Shown: positions 50,740-64,000 of the stretch, in pieces | Layout of the letters: every line of letters starts with the position of its first letter | Position numbering within the stretch: the stretch's first letter is position 1 | DNA from: Octopus sinensis | Taxonomy: Eukaryota | Direction: 5' to 3' | DNA length: 64,000 nt | Assembly: GCF_006345805.1 (NCBI RefSeq) | Contig: NC_043000.1 | Coordinates: forward strand, 56,978,001-57,042,000 | Made by a program: the position numbers and the translations under genes | The notes under the pieces: generated by a model | What the model was told of the DNA's origin: nothing | What the model saw: only the letters and a program-made list of their open reading frames with translations | Databases searched by the model: none

Positions 50740-51200
50740 ATAAAAAGAAGAAATGTTACCAATCCTATCTTATTGTGTTATTGAAAGCTTTCTCGATCCA
50801 AAATATCTATATATCTTTTATGAAACTGTATTCTTTTGAATGAAGCTTTCAGTCTTCCAAGTCTTCGTAATCATTTGAAAAGAAAGCATTCAGATAAATC
50901 TAATAAAACCATTGACTATTTTGAAAAAAAAAATTGAAAACCAATTTTAAGCAGCAACCTAATTTACACATTTTGTAAAAAAAATATACTGAATTAGATA
51001 TGACCAATGTCACATAATTGGAAATTTCTAAAGCTGCAACAAAAATTGGTTGTAGTCATACTATTACTGAAAAGAGTCATGAAACTTATATTTAAAAAAC
51101 TGTTATTTTAAATGTTATATATCAGACATCTTAAAAAGTTAACCATTAAGCAACACTTCAATTTGAAAATGAATTGAGGAAATACCTGAATATTGAAGAA
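50740..51200 (+). mobile_element. hAT (Buster/Charlie-like) transposase N-terminal remnant with BED finger
   Basis: AFSLPSLRNHLKRKHSDKSNKTIDYFEK (like MKPSKL.RHL..KH...KP.DYF.RK), a K.G.SHTI.EK motif and a PLSN.SI-like motif. Confidence 0.6.
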
Positions 51201-52217
51201 CTAATTGGAATCATTATCATCTTCATCCTCCTTTTAACATCTACTTTTTTATGCTTGCATGGGTCAGATGAAGTTTACTGAATGAGATTTTCTGCAGCTC
51301 GATGCACTTCCTGTCACCAACCCTCATCTATTTCCAAGCAAGCTAATATTTCTCACACGACACTGCTTATGTGACAGTGGTAATTATTTTCCAACTATCA
51401 AGCAATGTTAACACAAGGAGATACAACATGCACACAGACACATACACTAGCATAGCTAGGTGGAGGTAGTAGGGGAAGTCCACCCCAGGTGGCACTTTTA
51501 AAGGAGCACCACTTTTGGGTTGGGAGGCAGCATACAGAAGGGCCAGCCCAGACAGCACACACTCTAGCTATGCAAGAGCATATATGTTTTAATAATACTA
51601 AAATTCTAGAGATGTTTGTGTGTAACCGAAATATCTCAGAAATAGTATATTTTATCTTAATTTCTTTTTTTTTTTTGCATATTTATTTTCATACTTACTT
51701 TCAGCAGCGCAGTACAAATTTTTGTGATATTTGGACCTCCAAACAATTAAACACAATTTTTGTTTGTTATTTCTTGATGATAAAAAACATGGCTTCTATG
51801 ACATCAACACACATACACACATACAGAATACACACACATATAATGAATGTCACGGCATTTCAGTCAACACAAACACACATCTGCTACACCCATAGTCTTT
51901 GCACTCTCTAAGAAAAAAAACATCAACTTTTTGACGTACACAATATTTTAATTCCCTCTCTCTCTTTCGGAGAGGCACTCAGCAGCTATACGCACACATA
52001 CACACATGGCAGTAACTCCCGCCTACCGAATTCAATCACAAAGCTCCGGTCGGCTCGGGGCTATAGCGGAAGACACCTAACCAAAGTGCCACGCAGTGGG
52101 ACTGAACCCGAAACCATGTAGTTAGGAAATTATTTAGAAATATTTTTAACTGAATGTGATTTCAAAAATGTTAGTTGTTTGTACAGTAAGTATTTATATT
52201 TTAGCTTTTTTTAAACA

Positions 52218-52648
52218 GTTCGTTAATTTCCTTTAAAAAATTTTATTTATTTACTTTTGTTTTAAAGTGAAAGATGTATGTATGTGTATATGAAATGAAC
52301 ATGTGTGTGTGAAAGAGAGAGAGAGAGAGAGGGGAAGGGAGAGAGAAAGAGAGAAAGAGAGAGAGGGAGAGTGAGTGAAGGAGTGTGTTGTCATGTATAT
52401 GTACATACATCAATATATATGCATACATCTTTTTTGTATGTGTGTGTGAAAGAGAGAGACAGTGAGTGAGGTGAATGTGTGTTCTCATGTATGTGTAAAT
52501 GACACTTTCTATCTCTCTCTCCCTCTCTTTCACACACACATACACATCCATTTAATATACATGTTCATACATCTTTCACTTTTTCCTCTCTTTCACTTTA
52601 AAACAAAAGTAAATAAATACAAATTTTTATGGAAATTAACAAACAAAA
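52218..52648. mobile_element. Hairpin MITE with ~55-60-bp TIRs and a microsatellite-rich interior
   Basis: Perfect 31-bp core tatttatttacttttgttttaaagtgaaaga / tctttcactttaaaacaaaagtaaataaata, extending imperfectly outward. The interior is also loosely self-complementary ((GA)n vs (TC)n). Confidence 0.7.
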
Positions 52649-53835
52649 CCAACTGATCTGGATGACAGTTCTGAGAATCAAAGTGAAAGATCACCCCATG
52701 GGAATACCATTGCAAACATTTTTTGGAGTGCATTCAACATATCTCAGCTCCAAATATTTGACTGCTATTTCTAGCACGCCCTGCTACTACATAACAGCTA
52801 TTTACAATAAAGGACCCAAAATACCTGTTACTTGGTAGCAGGACGTGCAAGAAATAGCAGCTAAATCTTTCCTTTTCTGGGGAAAGGAGCCGTTTACATG
52901 TTATTTTGATGTCACATTCATTAAAAGCATGCAAAATAACCTGAAAAAGAAAAAAAACACAAAACTCCATTACTGGGAAACTCAGACTTTCCAGGTGACC
53001 CAAATGGATCACAGATAGTTTAGTATACATATAAAAGCTGCTTTTACTTCATATGTAAATTTTCTCTTAGATATGTAATTTCTAGGCATACCAGTTCATG
53101 GTCTTATAAGTCATTGGACTGGATAGGTAACTCGCCTTCAACCCAAGTGGGTACATGATGTTGAAAAGCCACAAAAATGGTGTCTATCATTCTCAAATGG
53201 GGTTGAGGGTAAATTGTCTAGCCTGTTCATGACTCTAAGGTGTTTTAAAACCAGTGACATAAGAGTTGTATGCTCCACAGCACTATTGCAGCCACCGGAA
53301 AATACACAAAAGCATATACAGTAGTATATGTATTTAATAATATTTATTACTAGAGCTGCCTGTACTTCATATGTATATATAAATATAATAATATAAATAA
53401 TATATGTGTATGTGTATATATATATCCCAAATTTTATTTAATTTGCTTTGCGGGAGCAACTGTTTTATTGAAGGCTTGTGAATTGCTCAAAATACGGATT
53501 AGAAAAACAGCCGGCAACTGATGAAGGGTCATTCATTATGTTGTTTGTCTTGTTTTCCATTTGCTTCATTTGTTGTTCACAAAAAAGGTTCATATTCCAT
53601 GTGTTCATATTTCGTATCCCACATTTTTGTATTTTATATTGTTTACGTTCTGTGACATCCTGTGCCCACATATGCATATGTGTACGCATATATATGTAAG
53701 TATGTACATCTACATATGTATATATGCATATATATATATATCATTTATGTTATTATATGATTGAATACCACGCATCCATTTTCAACTAAGTTCTATACAC
53801 ACACACACATGCACATGCACACACGCATGCACACA

Positions 53836-53937
53836 TACATACATACATACATACATACATACATACATACACACACACATACATACATACATACATACAT
53901 ACATACATACATACATACATACATACATACATACATA
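53836..53937. repeat. (CATA)n microsatellite; similar tracts at 63355-63450 (TACA), 61446-61512 (AGAC/AGAT), 47525-47578 (TAT) and 10755-10790 (TG)
   Basis: Directly visible simple repeats. They explain several spurious ORFs in the track. Confidence 0.95.
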
Positions 53938-54559
53938 CAAAAATACCCCATTGTTGATGCTGAAATTCCAATGAAGAAACCTTGGATCTAGTTTAGAAAC
54001 CAGTTCTTTCTCTATTGGCAAGAAATCTGGAAATAAACTGAATAATGATATACACATATATACATACGATGGGCTTCTTTCAGTTTCCATCTACCAAATC
54101 CACTCACAAGACTTTGACCAGGACTATTGTAGAAGACTACCAAGGGGCCATGCAGTGAAACTGAATCGGAGGTCATGTGATAAGGAAGCAAACCTCACCA
54201 TGCAGCCATGCCTGCATCTACTTGAAAGACTGAAAGAAATTCACTTCTTAATTTAGGTTTAAGAGTCCACAGTTGCCAATAACAAGATTCTTGTGGCATA
54301 TGTACATTATTTAAATGGTGACTGAGAGGACTGGGAAGCATATTCTTATTGCTTGAAGACCTTGATTTGATGAGCATAAAGTTCCATTAGATATTGTTTA
54401 TATCAATTGCAACAATGATGTAGTCAGAAAGTTTAAAGGCCCCATAGCACATTTAAATATAATGTTCTAGAATTATTGCAATACACTGTAATGTTCACAA
54501 GCAATCTTGTAACAAAAAAAAAAGAAAGAAAATAGTATAATTCCATGTTACTCACTTAG

Positions 54560-55200
54560 TATAGTTATTAAAACTTTTATTAAAATAAAATTACACATCA
54601 AATATGATTACCTGTTCAGAAAGATTTGTTCTGATCATAATGAACACTATATAAGAATTCTAAGTATGCTGCATAAAGAAATCAGATGACTCTCTAAAAA
54701 AAAATTGCTTAGTAAAATTTGTGAACCTTTTTCAGTGCTGTATTTAACTTTCAAGATAGAGAAGAGTGAGGAAAATATTGCTAAGGAAATAAGAAAACGT
54801 AAAAATAGCATATATTACCTAGCTTGGATATATTGAAACTTAATGAAGTATCATTTTACCTTCAAAGAAATTCATTATCTTGATTGATTTTTTAAATAGT
54901 ATTGAAATCATTTACTGAAATCTTGGAAATTTTTCAAGCAAATTTACTTAAAAAATATTTCACAGCATGTCTGAGCCAGCAAAAATTTGTTCTTCACTTA
55001 AAATAGATTATAAAGCATATTCTAGAACACTTATTATCATTAAGAACTGGCATGAACAAAAGATTCTCTGATTAATTTTCCTTTGAAGTAAATCCATAAA
55101 TGGTAAACCTATTTAATTGTCATGCTGATTTAGCTGAAGAAGAAATAATTTGAGAAGAATACATTGAATTACACTACAAAGGCAACTCAGAATACATGTA
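54560..55200 (+). mobile_element. hAT (Buster-like) transposase central/C-terminal remnant
   Basis: LFRKICSDHNEHYIRIL..HKEIR*LSK..LL (like HTEVRWLSKG) and IYYLA.I..KLNEVS..LQ (like IAYLADIF.KLNE...LQG). Confidence 0.6.
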
Positions 55201-56143
55201 TAATAAAGTAAGAAAGACCAAATTCTTAGTAAATGAATGTAAAATCTACTGTCAAATCTACATTTGTTGCTTCCTGCAATATTTGACTCCTTTTCATTTC
55301 CCTACCACTCACAAGAGCTACCTGTGTAATGATAGACTGAACAGGACCTACCTGTATGCAATACCCCTTAATACCACCCTTATTCTACCTTTCTCACCCA
55401 TCACAAAGCCTATATATAAGAGACTGCATCATACCTGTCTGTGCTCAATGCACTTAACCATCATCCTTTCTGTACTGCCAGTAGTCAGTCATCACTCACT
55501 TTCCCCTACATGAACTATTTGTTATTGCCATTTATCACTTACCAGTATCACTGTCCACCTACCCTTACCACAAAAACTGTCAGCTGGAAGAGGGAGAGAT
55601 TGTATGTATATAAATATATGAATGAAGTTTATGAAGAAAGGGCAATAATAACGTTCACATTCACTGATGGTCACTCTCAGTAACTGCCATTAGCTTACGG
55701 AGTTCTTGTTTTTATAACTATGGAAAAGCAGCCAGAAGGATAGACATATTGTTGAGAAAAAATGATTTTGTTGGAGGTCTGTTATCTCTATTCCAGCCCC
55801 TGGTGGCCTAGAAGAGGTTAGAAGGGTCAAGTGGCAAAGACATTATTCTGCTTAGCGAAGGCATCTGGGAAATGTATAACTGCTGTCATTCACAGAAAAA
55901 TTATTGTTTTACCATGAGAAAAGCGCTGTTGAAGTGTTAAGTGGAATTTGGCAATCGAGGATTGAATCCACGCTATGTTTGCATGAAGTCACTACAAATA
56001 CGCTGTGGAATAAAAAATTTATCTACTGTCTTGGAAAAAGTGTAACTCTAAAAATGCAGAATTATCGGAGTAATGGGCATTCAAAAAAGTACGTATGTAT
56101 AGAAATGTATGAATGAAGTCTTTAAATTTAAGATTCAAATTAA

Positions 56144-57055
56144 CCCCTTACCCAGCAGAAACGAATATATGCATTTTGACCGAAATCGTTTTTTTCTATC
56201 TCTGGCGAGTTAACTCGTCAAAAGATAGACTCGCCAAAATCGACAGCAAACGAGTTCCTTCATCTATTATAAACTCTTTTTTGACATATACAAGTATATT
56301 CGCTCACTTTATACGTCTGGCAGTGACGATTTCTGCCACCTTTCACTTGAGTAAGGCATTGAAGACCGAGTATGATTTAGTCACCTGGAGACAGTCGAAG
56401 GGTTGGAAGGCACATTTTATGAATAGAAGTATTCACTTTGTTTTTACGTTGTTTTTTTTATACCTTTATATTATAACCCCACCATGTCGAGCTCTGATGA
56501 TGATAGCGATTATGAAGCTTCTCTTGGAGGGTTGGATACATCTGATGAGAGTGAAAGTTCGTCAGAAGAGTTTTATTCAAGTGAAGAAACTGAAGATGAG
56601 GATGAGGTAGATGCAAGAGACTGGCACCGACTTAGATTAGGAGATGATATGGCTCCGCCCCCTTCGCGCTTCCCTTTCGAAGCAGAAACAGGAGTACATC
56701 TGGATAATGATGCGATAACAATGAGTCCTTTTGATTTTTTTTATTTGTATATAGATGAAAGAGTTATAGAGCATGTATTGACTGAAACTGAATAGGTTTT
56801 CTAAATTTGGAAAATAAGATAACCAAATAAAATAACATGATTTTTTGTAAAAGTAATATGATTTATGAAAAAAATGGGTTAACTCGTTTCTGCCCAAAGC
56901 GGTAATTTAGAATCAATATTATTGAATTAAAATTCATAATAAATAAGGTTTGAAATATACCTCGAAATCACCATTCAAAACATAGTAAAATAAAACAATT
57001 AAAAAATATGTCTGAAAAAATACATTTATTTTCAAAATAATTGTTGGGTAAGGGG
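56144..57055 (+). mobile_element. Internally deleted piggyBac element (912 bp)
   Basis: TTAA|CCCCTTACCCAGCA ... TGTTGGGTAAGGGG|TTAA. ORF 56484-56795 has an acidic N-terminus and 'P.RFPF...TG...SPFDFFYLYIDERVIEHVLTET', the piggyBac transposase N-terminal region. The catalytic part is absent. Confidence 0.9.
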
Positions 57056-57559
57056 TTAAGGAAGTGCAATAATAATGTTTAGCAGTTCAAAACTGTGAGT
57101 AGGGAACTGCAGAATTAGGTCAGCTGATCATGAGAATCAAATATTGATTGCTTCACTAAAAACTGCAGGTGGTATGGGTTATTTCCTTTGAGTTGTTTAA
57201 ATAAAATATTAGTAATACGTAGTAGACAGAAGGATCCATTGGAGGGGCCCTATTATCGATATTTTTCAACAAAGTTAGCTAACAAAACCACTAATAAACA
57301 CATACCAATTTTCCTCATATGTAGTAGATATTTAGATGGTGAGCAGGCAGAATTGTTAGCATGCTGGGCAAAATGCTTAGCGGTATTTTGTCTGCCATTA
57401 GGTTTTGAGTTCGAATTCCGCCAAAGTTGACTTTGCCTTTCATCCTTTTGGGGTCAATAAAATTAGTACCAGTTACATACTGGGGTCGATGTACTCGACT
57501 TAATCCCTTCCCCTAAAATTTGAGGCCTTGTGCTTCCAGTAGAAAGGACTTATTAATGT

Positions 57560-58512
57560 TGAAAAAGTATGACACACTGACATTCACATATATTATATTA
57601 GATGTTTAATTTTGAGGAAACTTTATTTCAATTAAAGTGTATTTTATATGTGTGTGTGTGTGTATTAAAGAAAGTAAAAAATAAAACAAAAATGAAAGTG
57701 TTCACTATATTGGCAACATCAAAGAGACATGGTTAAACAAAGTTGTTCATCATCTCCCTCTTTCTCTCACACACCCACTCTTTCTCTCTCTTTTATTATT
57801 ACTCCCACTGCCACCATCAACGCTACTACTTTTAATAAAACATTAACACTCCTTAAATTTCTTTGTCTCGCTTTCTCTCCCTCTCGTTTTCTTTCTTTCT
57901 CTCCCCCTCTCTCTCTCTCTCTCTCTCTCTCTTCGCCACCACTCTCACTTTCTCTATGCCTACTACTACTCTCACCACAGCATGAGGAATAGTAGGAGTG
58001 TCACTGAGTGGTGGGGTCTAAGTGTGACACACTGACACACAGAAATTAGTTTTCGCATTTATTATATTAGCCATTTAATTTTGGGGAAACTTTATTTCAA
58101 TTAAAGTGTCTTTTATATATGTGTGTGTGTGTATGTTAAGGAAAGCAAAAAATAAAACAAAAATGATTGTGTTGAGTATGTTGGCGACAGGAATTTCTGT
58201 CAAACAGACATGGTTAAACAAAGTTGTACATCATCTCCCTCTTTCTCTCTCTTTTATCATTACTCTCACTGGCACTACTACTACTTTTAATAAAACATCA
58301 TCAATTCTCCCTAAATTTCTTTGTCTTTCTTTTTCCCCCCTCTCTTTTTCTTTCTCTCTCTCTCTCTGTTTTCACCACTACCCTCACTATCTCTATGCCT
58401 ACTATTACTCTCACCCCATCATGAGGAATAGTAAGGAGTATCACTGAATAGTGAGAGTGGGGTATGAGTGTCACACACTGACACACATAAATTAGTTTCT
58501 GCATTTATTATA
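57560..58512. repeat. Tandem duplication with a ~470-bp period (about 2 units)
   Basis: attatattag...gaaactttatttcaattaaagtgt...gacatggttaaacaaagttgt.catcatctccctc...cacactgacacaca.aaattagttt occurs twice in direct orientation. Confidence 0.85.
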
Positions 58513-59049
58513 TTAGATGACTTGACTGATACCACAATGAAATGTACCCAGATTATTCACCAAAAGGATTAGTGAATGAAGTAAGCATTAGGGTTGAGAG
58601 GACTCTTAAATCCTGCCTTATCAAGGATATGACAATGCCTTTAGAACTGGTGTCTAATTGACATTTTGTTTGTCATTACATTCAGAGTTAAAATTCTGCC
58701 AAGGTTGACTTTGCCCTTCATTCCTTCAGGGTTGATAGAATAAGAACCATTTGAGCATTGGGATTGATGTAATCAACTAACCCCTCTCCACAAAATGCTG
58801 GCCTTGTGTCAAAATTTGAAACCAATATCTCACTACACATTCTATATAAATAGTATGCAAGAAGAACTTTCAAAAATAGCCAAATCTTCTAGTTCAGAAC
58901 TGTTCAGTCAATATCCAGATATATTCAGACAGCCAATGTTCATATATAATATACTATTATTACATTGCTTAGTCCTAATTTGAATATGATTAAAACGATC
59001 AATGATCAAAAATATTTCTGTCCCGATTATTTCATCTTTAATATTTTTT

Positions 59050-60050
59050 TAATGGGCATCATATTGCTAATACAATATCATACTGTTTTTTTGTCTCAGA
59101 TATCATCTTTTTTAACATGGTAGTATGCCATTTATAGGAAATTTAGTTGCTCTTTCTAACTGGTAGAACAACCACATATAGGCTCCTTTCTCGACTGGTC
59201 AAAAAATAATATATTTTAGCTTTAATCAACTAAATAACAGTGGTGTTTTTATCATAACAGGCAGGATCAATTCTTTCTGATTTCTAGTAATCTTATCAGA
59301 CCATGGTTTATAGAACCTCTTATAATCATAACTCATGCCTTCATGTTACTTTGAAATATTTCCAAGTTTTAATTAGTTGATGCTAGGATTAATTTACCAG
59401 ACAGCAGCTGGAGAAATTAAAAATAGCTTTAAAAATGTTGAATAAAAAAACAAACATCAGACATTATCAACATGATATACACAGCATATGTTGTTACTAA
59501 AATGAATAAACCAAAATTTCAACAATTTATATTTCTCACTCCATAACTGGTGCAAGGATGCAATTTTTTTTTTCCTTTAGAATAAGTCTTAAAAATTCAC
59601 TATGCATTCTAGAGGACAGAGCTTACATTTATCAAAAGCCAATTTTAAACCTAGAGTTGGGCCATATATGCTAAACTTCAGATCAAAAGTCAAAGGAAAA
59701 ATACTAACTACAAGAAATGGACAGGATTTATGTCATTTAACCACTAACAAAGCATCTTGGTAAAATATTTAAAAGTACCAAGACCTTGTTTTTTCTCAAA
59801 ATTGGTAGTGCATCTTTAAAATAAGAGCGTCATCACAACCAGGAAATATGATAATTTATATTGTTGAAGCATTAGAAAGGAAATGAACAGAAAAGAAAAT
59901 TGCCTTCCAAAAGTTAAATACATAGAATCTCCTGGGAAAATTTGAAAATAGCTTTTGGGTCATCCTGTCGAATTTTTGGGTGGTACAATAATGTGTTACC
60001 TCCAACTTCATTCATTGAAAATTATGGGATAAACAAGTCAGTTAGGGAGC
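59050..60050 (-). mobile_element. Possible very old piggyBac transposase remnant
   Basis: Fragmentary motifs resembling M.R.RF..I.RFL and EKG.Y..GTVR.NR.KFP across frameshifts. Confidence 0.3.
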
Positions 60051-60494
60051 CTCTATACAGTTACATTGTCTGAGTGAAAGACAATGTTGGCAACTATAAT
60101 ATTTTTGATCAGAGATCTGTTCAGTCAAGGCTCAACTAGGGCTAAACAATGATACAACAATGAGATACATATAAGATGAGAAAATTAACAATTCAACTGC
60201 ACATTATAAGGAACTGAATAGAAATATCATTGTAATATTAGATTTTCAAACTCTTTCAGTGACTTAGAAGTTTACTTTGTGATCACATGGTTCCAGGTTC
60301 AATCTAACTGCAAGGTACTTTAGGTAAGCATTTTCTGCCATAGACTAAAGTCAGCCTAAGCATTATGGGTAAAACTGAATAGAAAAAAACTGTGAAACTT
60401 TTCAGTGTACTTATAGCTCTTCTTTGGTGCTTTGTAGCCACATGGTTCTAAGTTCAATCCAACTACAAGGAATACTTTGGGCAAGCATTTTCTT

Positions 60495-60770
60495 CCACAG
60501 GTTAGGTCAGATATCAGGGCTTGTACCATTGCAGCATGTCACTGCTTCCACTGTTTGTCAGGTCATCCCAGGCAACTCTCCAAGCCAGGTCCCAGTCAGT
60601 CCCCATCTCTGCAAGGTACTTCCTCATCTGCCTTGTCCATGTGGTATGTGCCCAACCAATACAAGCCATCACCCCAACCAACACGATATGCAGGATCGAA
60701 CATAGAAAATCAAACAACATGACCAAACAGTCCAAGCTGAAGCCACTGAATCATACAAGTAACCATCCCA
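60495..60770 (-). mobile_element. RTE 3' fragment; a further fragment at ~62540-62860
   Basis: GGSDGLYWLGTYHMDKADEEVPCRDG...TSGSSDMLQWYKP is a decayed version of the RTE C-terminus at 36627-36989 and its 3' flank. Confidence 0.45.
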
Positions 60771-61444
60771 AGTCAACCTTTAAGCATTGTGGGCAAAACT
60801 GAATAGATGAAGACTGTGCAGAAGCTTATCAGTGGACTGTAGCTCTTCTTCAGTGGAAGACTTAATCCATTATTCAGTCTAACACCATCACTTGGCCTCT
60901 TGGATATCTTTAGCAAAGGCAAATGTGTTGTAAGTATTTGAGTCATTACCTCAGCCCATGTATGATATCTGCCTCTTCTCTCATCTATCTTGGAGATCTT
61001 GCAAAAACTTCATGTATAATGCCTTCTTCTTCTGATCAAACCATGAAAATAAATTTTAAAGAAACATCATAATCATCTCTGTTTATGAAGAGGTGTCAAA
61101 CGAAATTGTTATTTTTGTAAACTTTAATGATTTTTGTAATTGAAGGCAAACAATGAGTAATTTCCTTAGAAAGAATCTGGTAAAAGGATCAGAAGGATGA
61201 GAAAACAAAAGAAAGAATGTTGCACTGGATTCCTCATTAATATGTTGATTCCTCTCATGGTCAAACCAATTTTTAACAATATATTAATTCCATTTATGAA
61301 ATTAGCAAAAATGAAACAAGAGGGACAGAGAGAGAGAGAGAGACTAGAAGACTAATCTACAGATTATCACTCACAATTAGATTATGTCACATTATATATC
61401 ATATTGACCCAATCTGTTTGCTGATTAGAGGTATCAAAACTGAG

Positions 61445-61486
<42 letters not shown>

Positions 61487-64000
61487 TAGATAGATAGATA
61501 GATAGATAGATAAAGAGATAGAGAAAGAAAAGTGAGAGAGAAAGGGGGAGAGAGGGATGAAAAGGGAGATTATGCTTGTTTTTAAGGATGTGACTGAAAT
61601 GTTGATCCAATTAACTTTGCTTTATCTGATACTGGAGAACAATTATCATAGGTCAGGTCCCAACAGAGAGTATTTTACTCATTATGAAGAGATTAATGAT
61701 AGGAGGCAGAAATTGAACTCAAATGCATAGGGATAAAACAGATACCACAAAGAATTTCATCTGATGCTCTAACAGTTCTGCCAATTCATCACCATGGATT
61801 TGATATTCTATTTATCAGCTCTGAAAGGAGAAAAGACAATGTTGAACTCAAAGGGTTTTAGCTCAAAGCACAAAGAAATGGAATAAATGTTGCAAGGCAT
61901 TTTATTTGCCACTTAAGTGACTCTGCCAATTCACTGCCTATTTTTATATTAGTTTCTCTTATCATGGTGTTCATATTCCAGTTATTTCCATTAGAACATG
62001 AAGACAGATGCAACTATTTTTAGAAAATTTGCTTGAAGCACAAAAAACTGTTTTTTAAGGTTTTTTTATTCACCTCCACAGAAATGTTGGTATAGCTATT
62101 TTTGATTAAGTTATCTCAATTAAATCAACTCCAGCATTTGACTGTCAATATATTTTATCGACTCCAGAAGAATGAAAAGCAAAATTAACCTCAGAAGAAT
62201 GAAAAGCAAAATTAACTTCTATAGAATTTGAACACAGAAGATAACTCATAACTAATACCTACAAGGTTCAACTAAAAATATTGCTTTCAAATTTTGGTAC
62301 AAGGCAAGCAAATTTGGAGGAGAGGATAAGTCAATAACATCGAGCCCAGTGCTCAACCGATACTGATTTTATCAATCCCAAAAGAATGAAAGGCAAAGTT
62401 GGCTTTGACAGAATTTGAACTTGGAATGTAAAGACGGATGGAATGCTGCAAAGTATTTTGCCCAGCATGCTAACAGTTCTGCTACCTTACAACCTTGTTC
62501 CACTTAGAAATATAGGCTCAAGGCCTTGGATTTGAAGGATGGGTCCACCAGAATATAAACTTCTTATTTACCACAATTATTGGCTTGATTTGCTTACATG
62601 GATGCATACACATTGCACATCCAGCTTCATTCCTCTTCAGTCTTTGCATGTCCTCTGCATCCAGTGCCCATGTTTTACTACCATGCAGTATTACAGTTCA
62701 CACATATGCATCATACAATCTTCTGTTCACCCAGAGAGAGAGAGAGAGACCATTGGTTACTAACAAAAGGTAAAAGCTCTCTGCACTTTCTCCATCCTAC
62801 ACACACACATAGAAGAGATATAAAAGTTGGTGCCTCAAACAAAAATACCTTCTGGCGTTTCATTCTGCTCAGCTATGTCTCTTTATGCCCAGGTTGACCT
62901 TCTTTGTTTCTAAATAGGTTGATAAAAATAAGTATCAGACTCAGAGTTGATATAATAAAGGTGGTTACTCTACCATGGCCACAGTCCAATGACTTAAGCT
63001 AGTAAAAGAAACAAAAATGAAATATTACAATCTCAACTGGTTTGGATAGAAGAAGGACATATCATCATTCATTTTATTGTTGGAATGATCTGGAAATATC
63101 TTCATTTTATATCTTTTACTTGTTTTAGTCATTAGACCGCAGCCATGCCAGAGCATTGCCTTCAAGGGTTCAGATGAACAAATTGACCACTGTATTTACT
63201 TTTTAAGTCTGATACTAATTTTATTGGTCTCTTTTTGCCAAATCACTAAGTTATGGGGGCATAAACACACCAACACCAGTTGACAAGTGGCAGTTATGGT
63301 GGTGATGGTGGGATAAATACAAACAAAATCATACATACATAGATATACATCCATCCATACATACGTATGTACATACATACATACATACATACATACATAC
63401 ATACATACATACATACATACATACATGCATACATACATACATACATACATACAAGCAAACAACAAGTTTCTTTCAGTTTTCATCTACTAAATCCACACAA
63501 AAGGTTTTGGTCAGCATGGGGCTATAGTAGAAGACACTTACTCAAGGTGCCACACAGTGGGACTGAACCCAGAGTCATGTGGTTGTGAAGCAAAATTATG
63601 ACCACACAGCCACACCTCATTCTTTTTCACTTGATTCATATAAATCAATTGTTTGAATGTGTAACAAAAGGAATAAACTGAAATTTTCAAAAATAACCGA
63701 TTTTGAAAATAACTTTTTTCCCATAAAATATGGATAGGAACAACATAATCATTGATATTGATTCCTGGAACAGAATAAACACATTTTAAAAGATAAAAGA
63801 GCAACTGATCATAAAGACTTGGAAGTTCAATGAATTTTAAAAAAGCAGTGTAGTGCAGGTTCCTAGCATATCATAGCAAGCCTCAGCACTAAAATATTGA
63901 AAATTATAGATCAATGAGTCTGTATTGTAATGAGTTTGAACTTTCATATTAAGGACTACAGGAATATTGATTTTTGTAGGAGAATGGAGTTGTTAATTAT

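Noticed and set aside
53761-54090. ORFs rich in YVCM/HTYI repeats (also 63196-63588, 52243-52656, 49667-50015)
   Set aside because: Microsatellite translations.

Overview
AT-rich, repeat-dense eukaryotic genomic DNA. The SINE, RTE-LINE, MITE and microsatellite families look like those of an octopod cephalopod (Octopus-like); this is inference from the repeats. One host gene is supported: the 5' part of PDSS2 (decaprenyl-diphosphate synthase subunit 2, CoQ side-chain synthesis) on the minus strand. It has four GT-AG coding exons (29189-28858, 17071-16943, 13989-13797, 11573-11325) that splice in frame to 301 aa. I could not find the remaining exons, which probably lie left of the window. The rest is intronic or intergenic and filled with decayed mobile elements: RTE, CR1/Jockey-like, RLE (HERO/NeSL-like) and Penelope retroelements, a Gypsy gag remnant, mariner, piggyBac and hAT DNA transposons, a THAP + SAP/SWIM two-gene transposon relic, and many SINEs and MITEs. 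The structures most worth checking are (i) three separate inverted-repeat units in PDSS2 introns, each with hammerhead-ribozyme-like motifs, one a near-perfect ~158-bp hairpin, and (ii) a young 1.9-kb foldback element with 606-bp modular G-rich arms about 850 bp upstream of the PDSS2 ATG, next to an older relative. No rRNA, true tRNA gene or CRISPR array was seen. All identities and boundaries were judged by eye; no searches were run.
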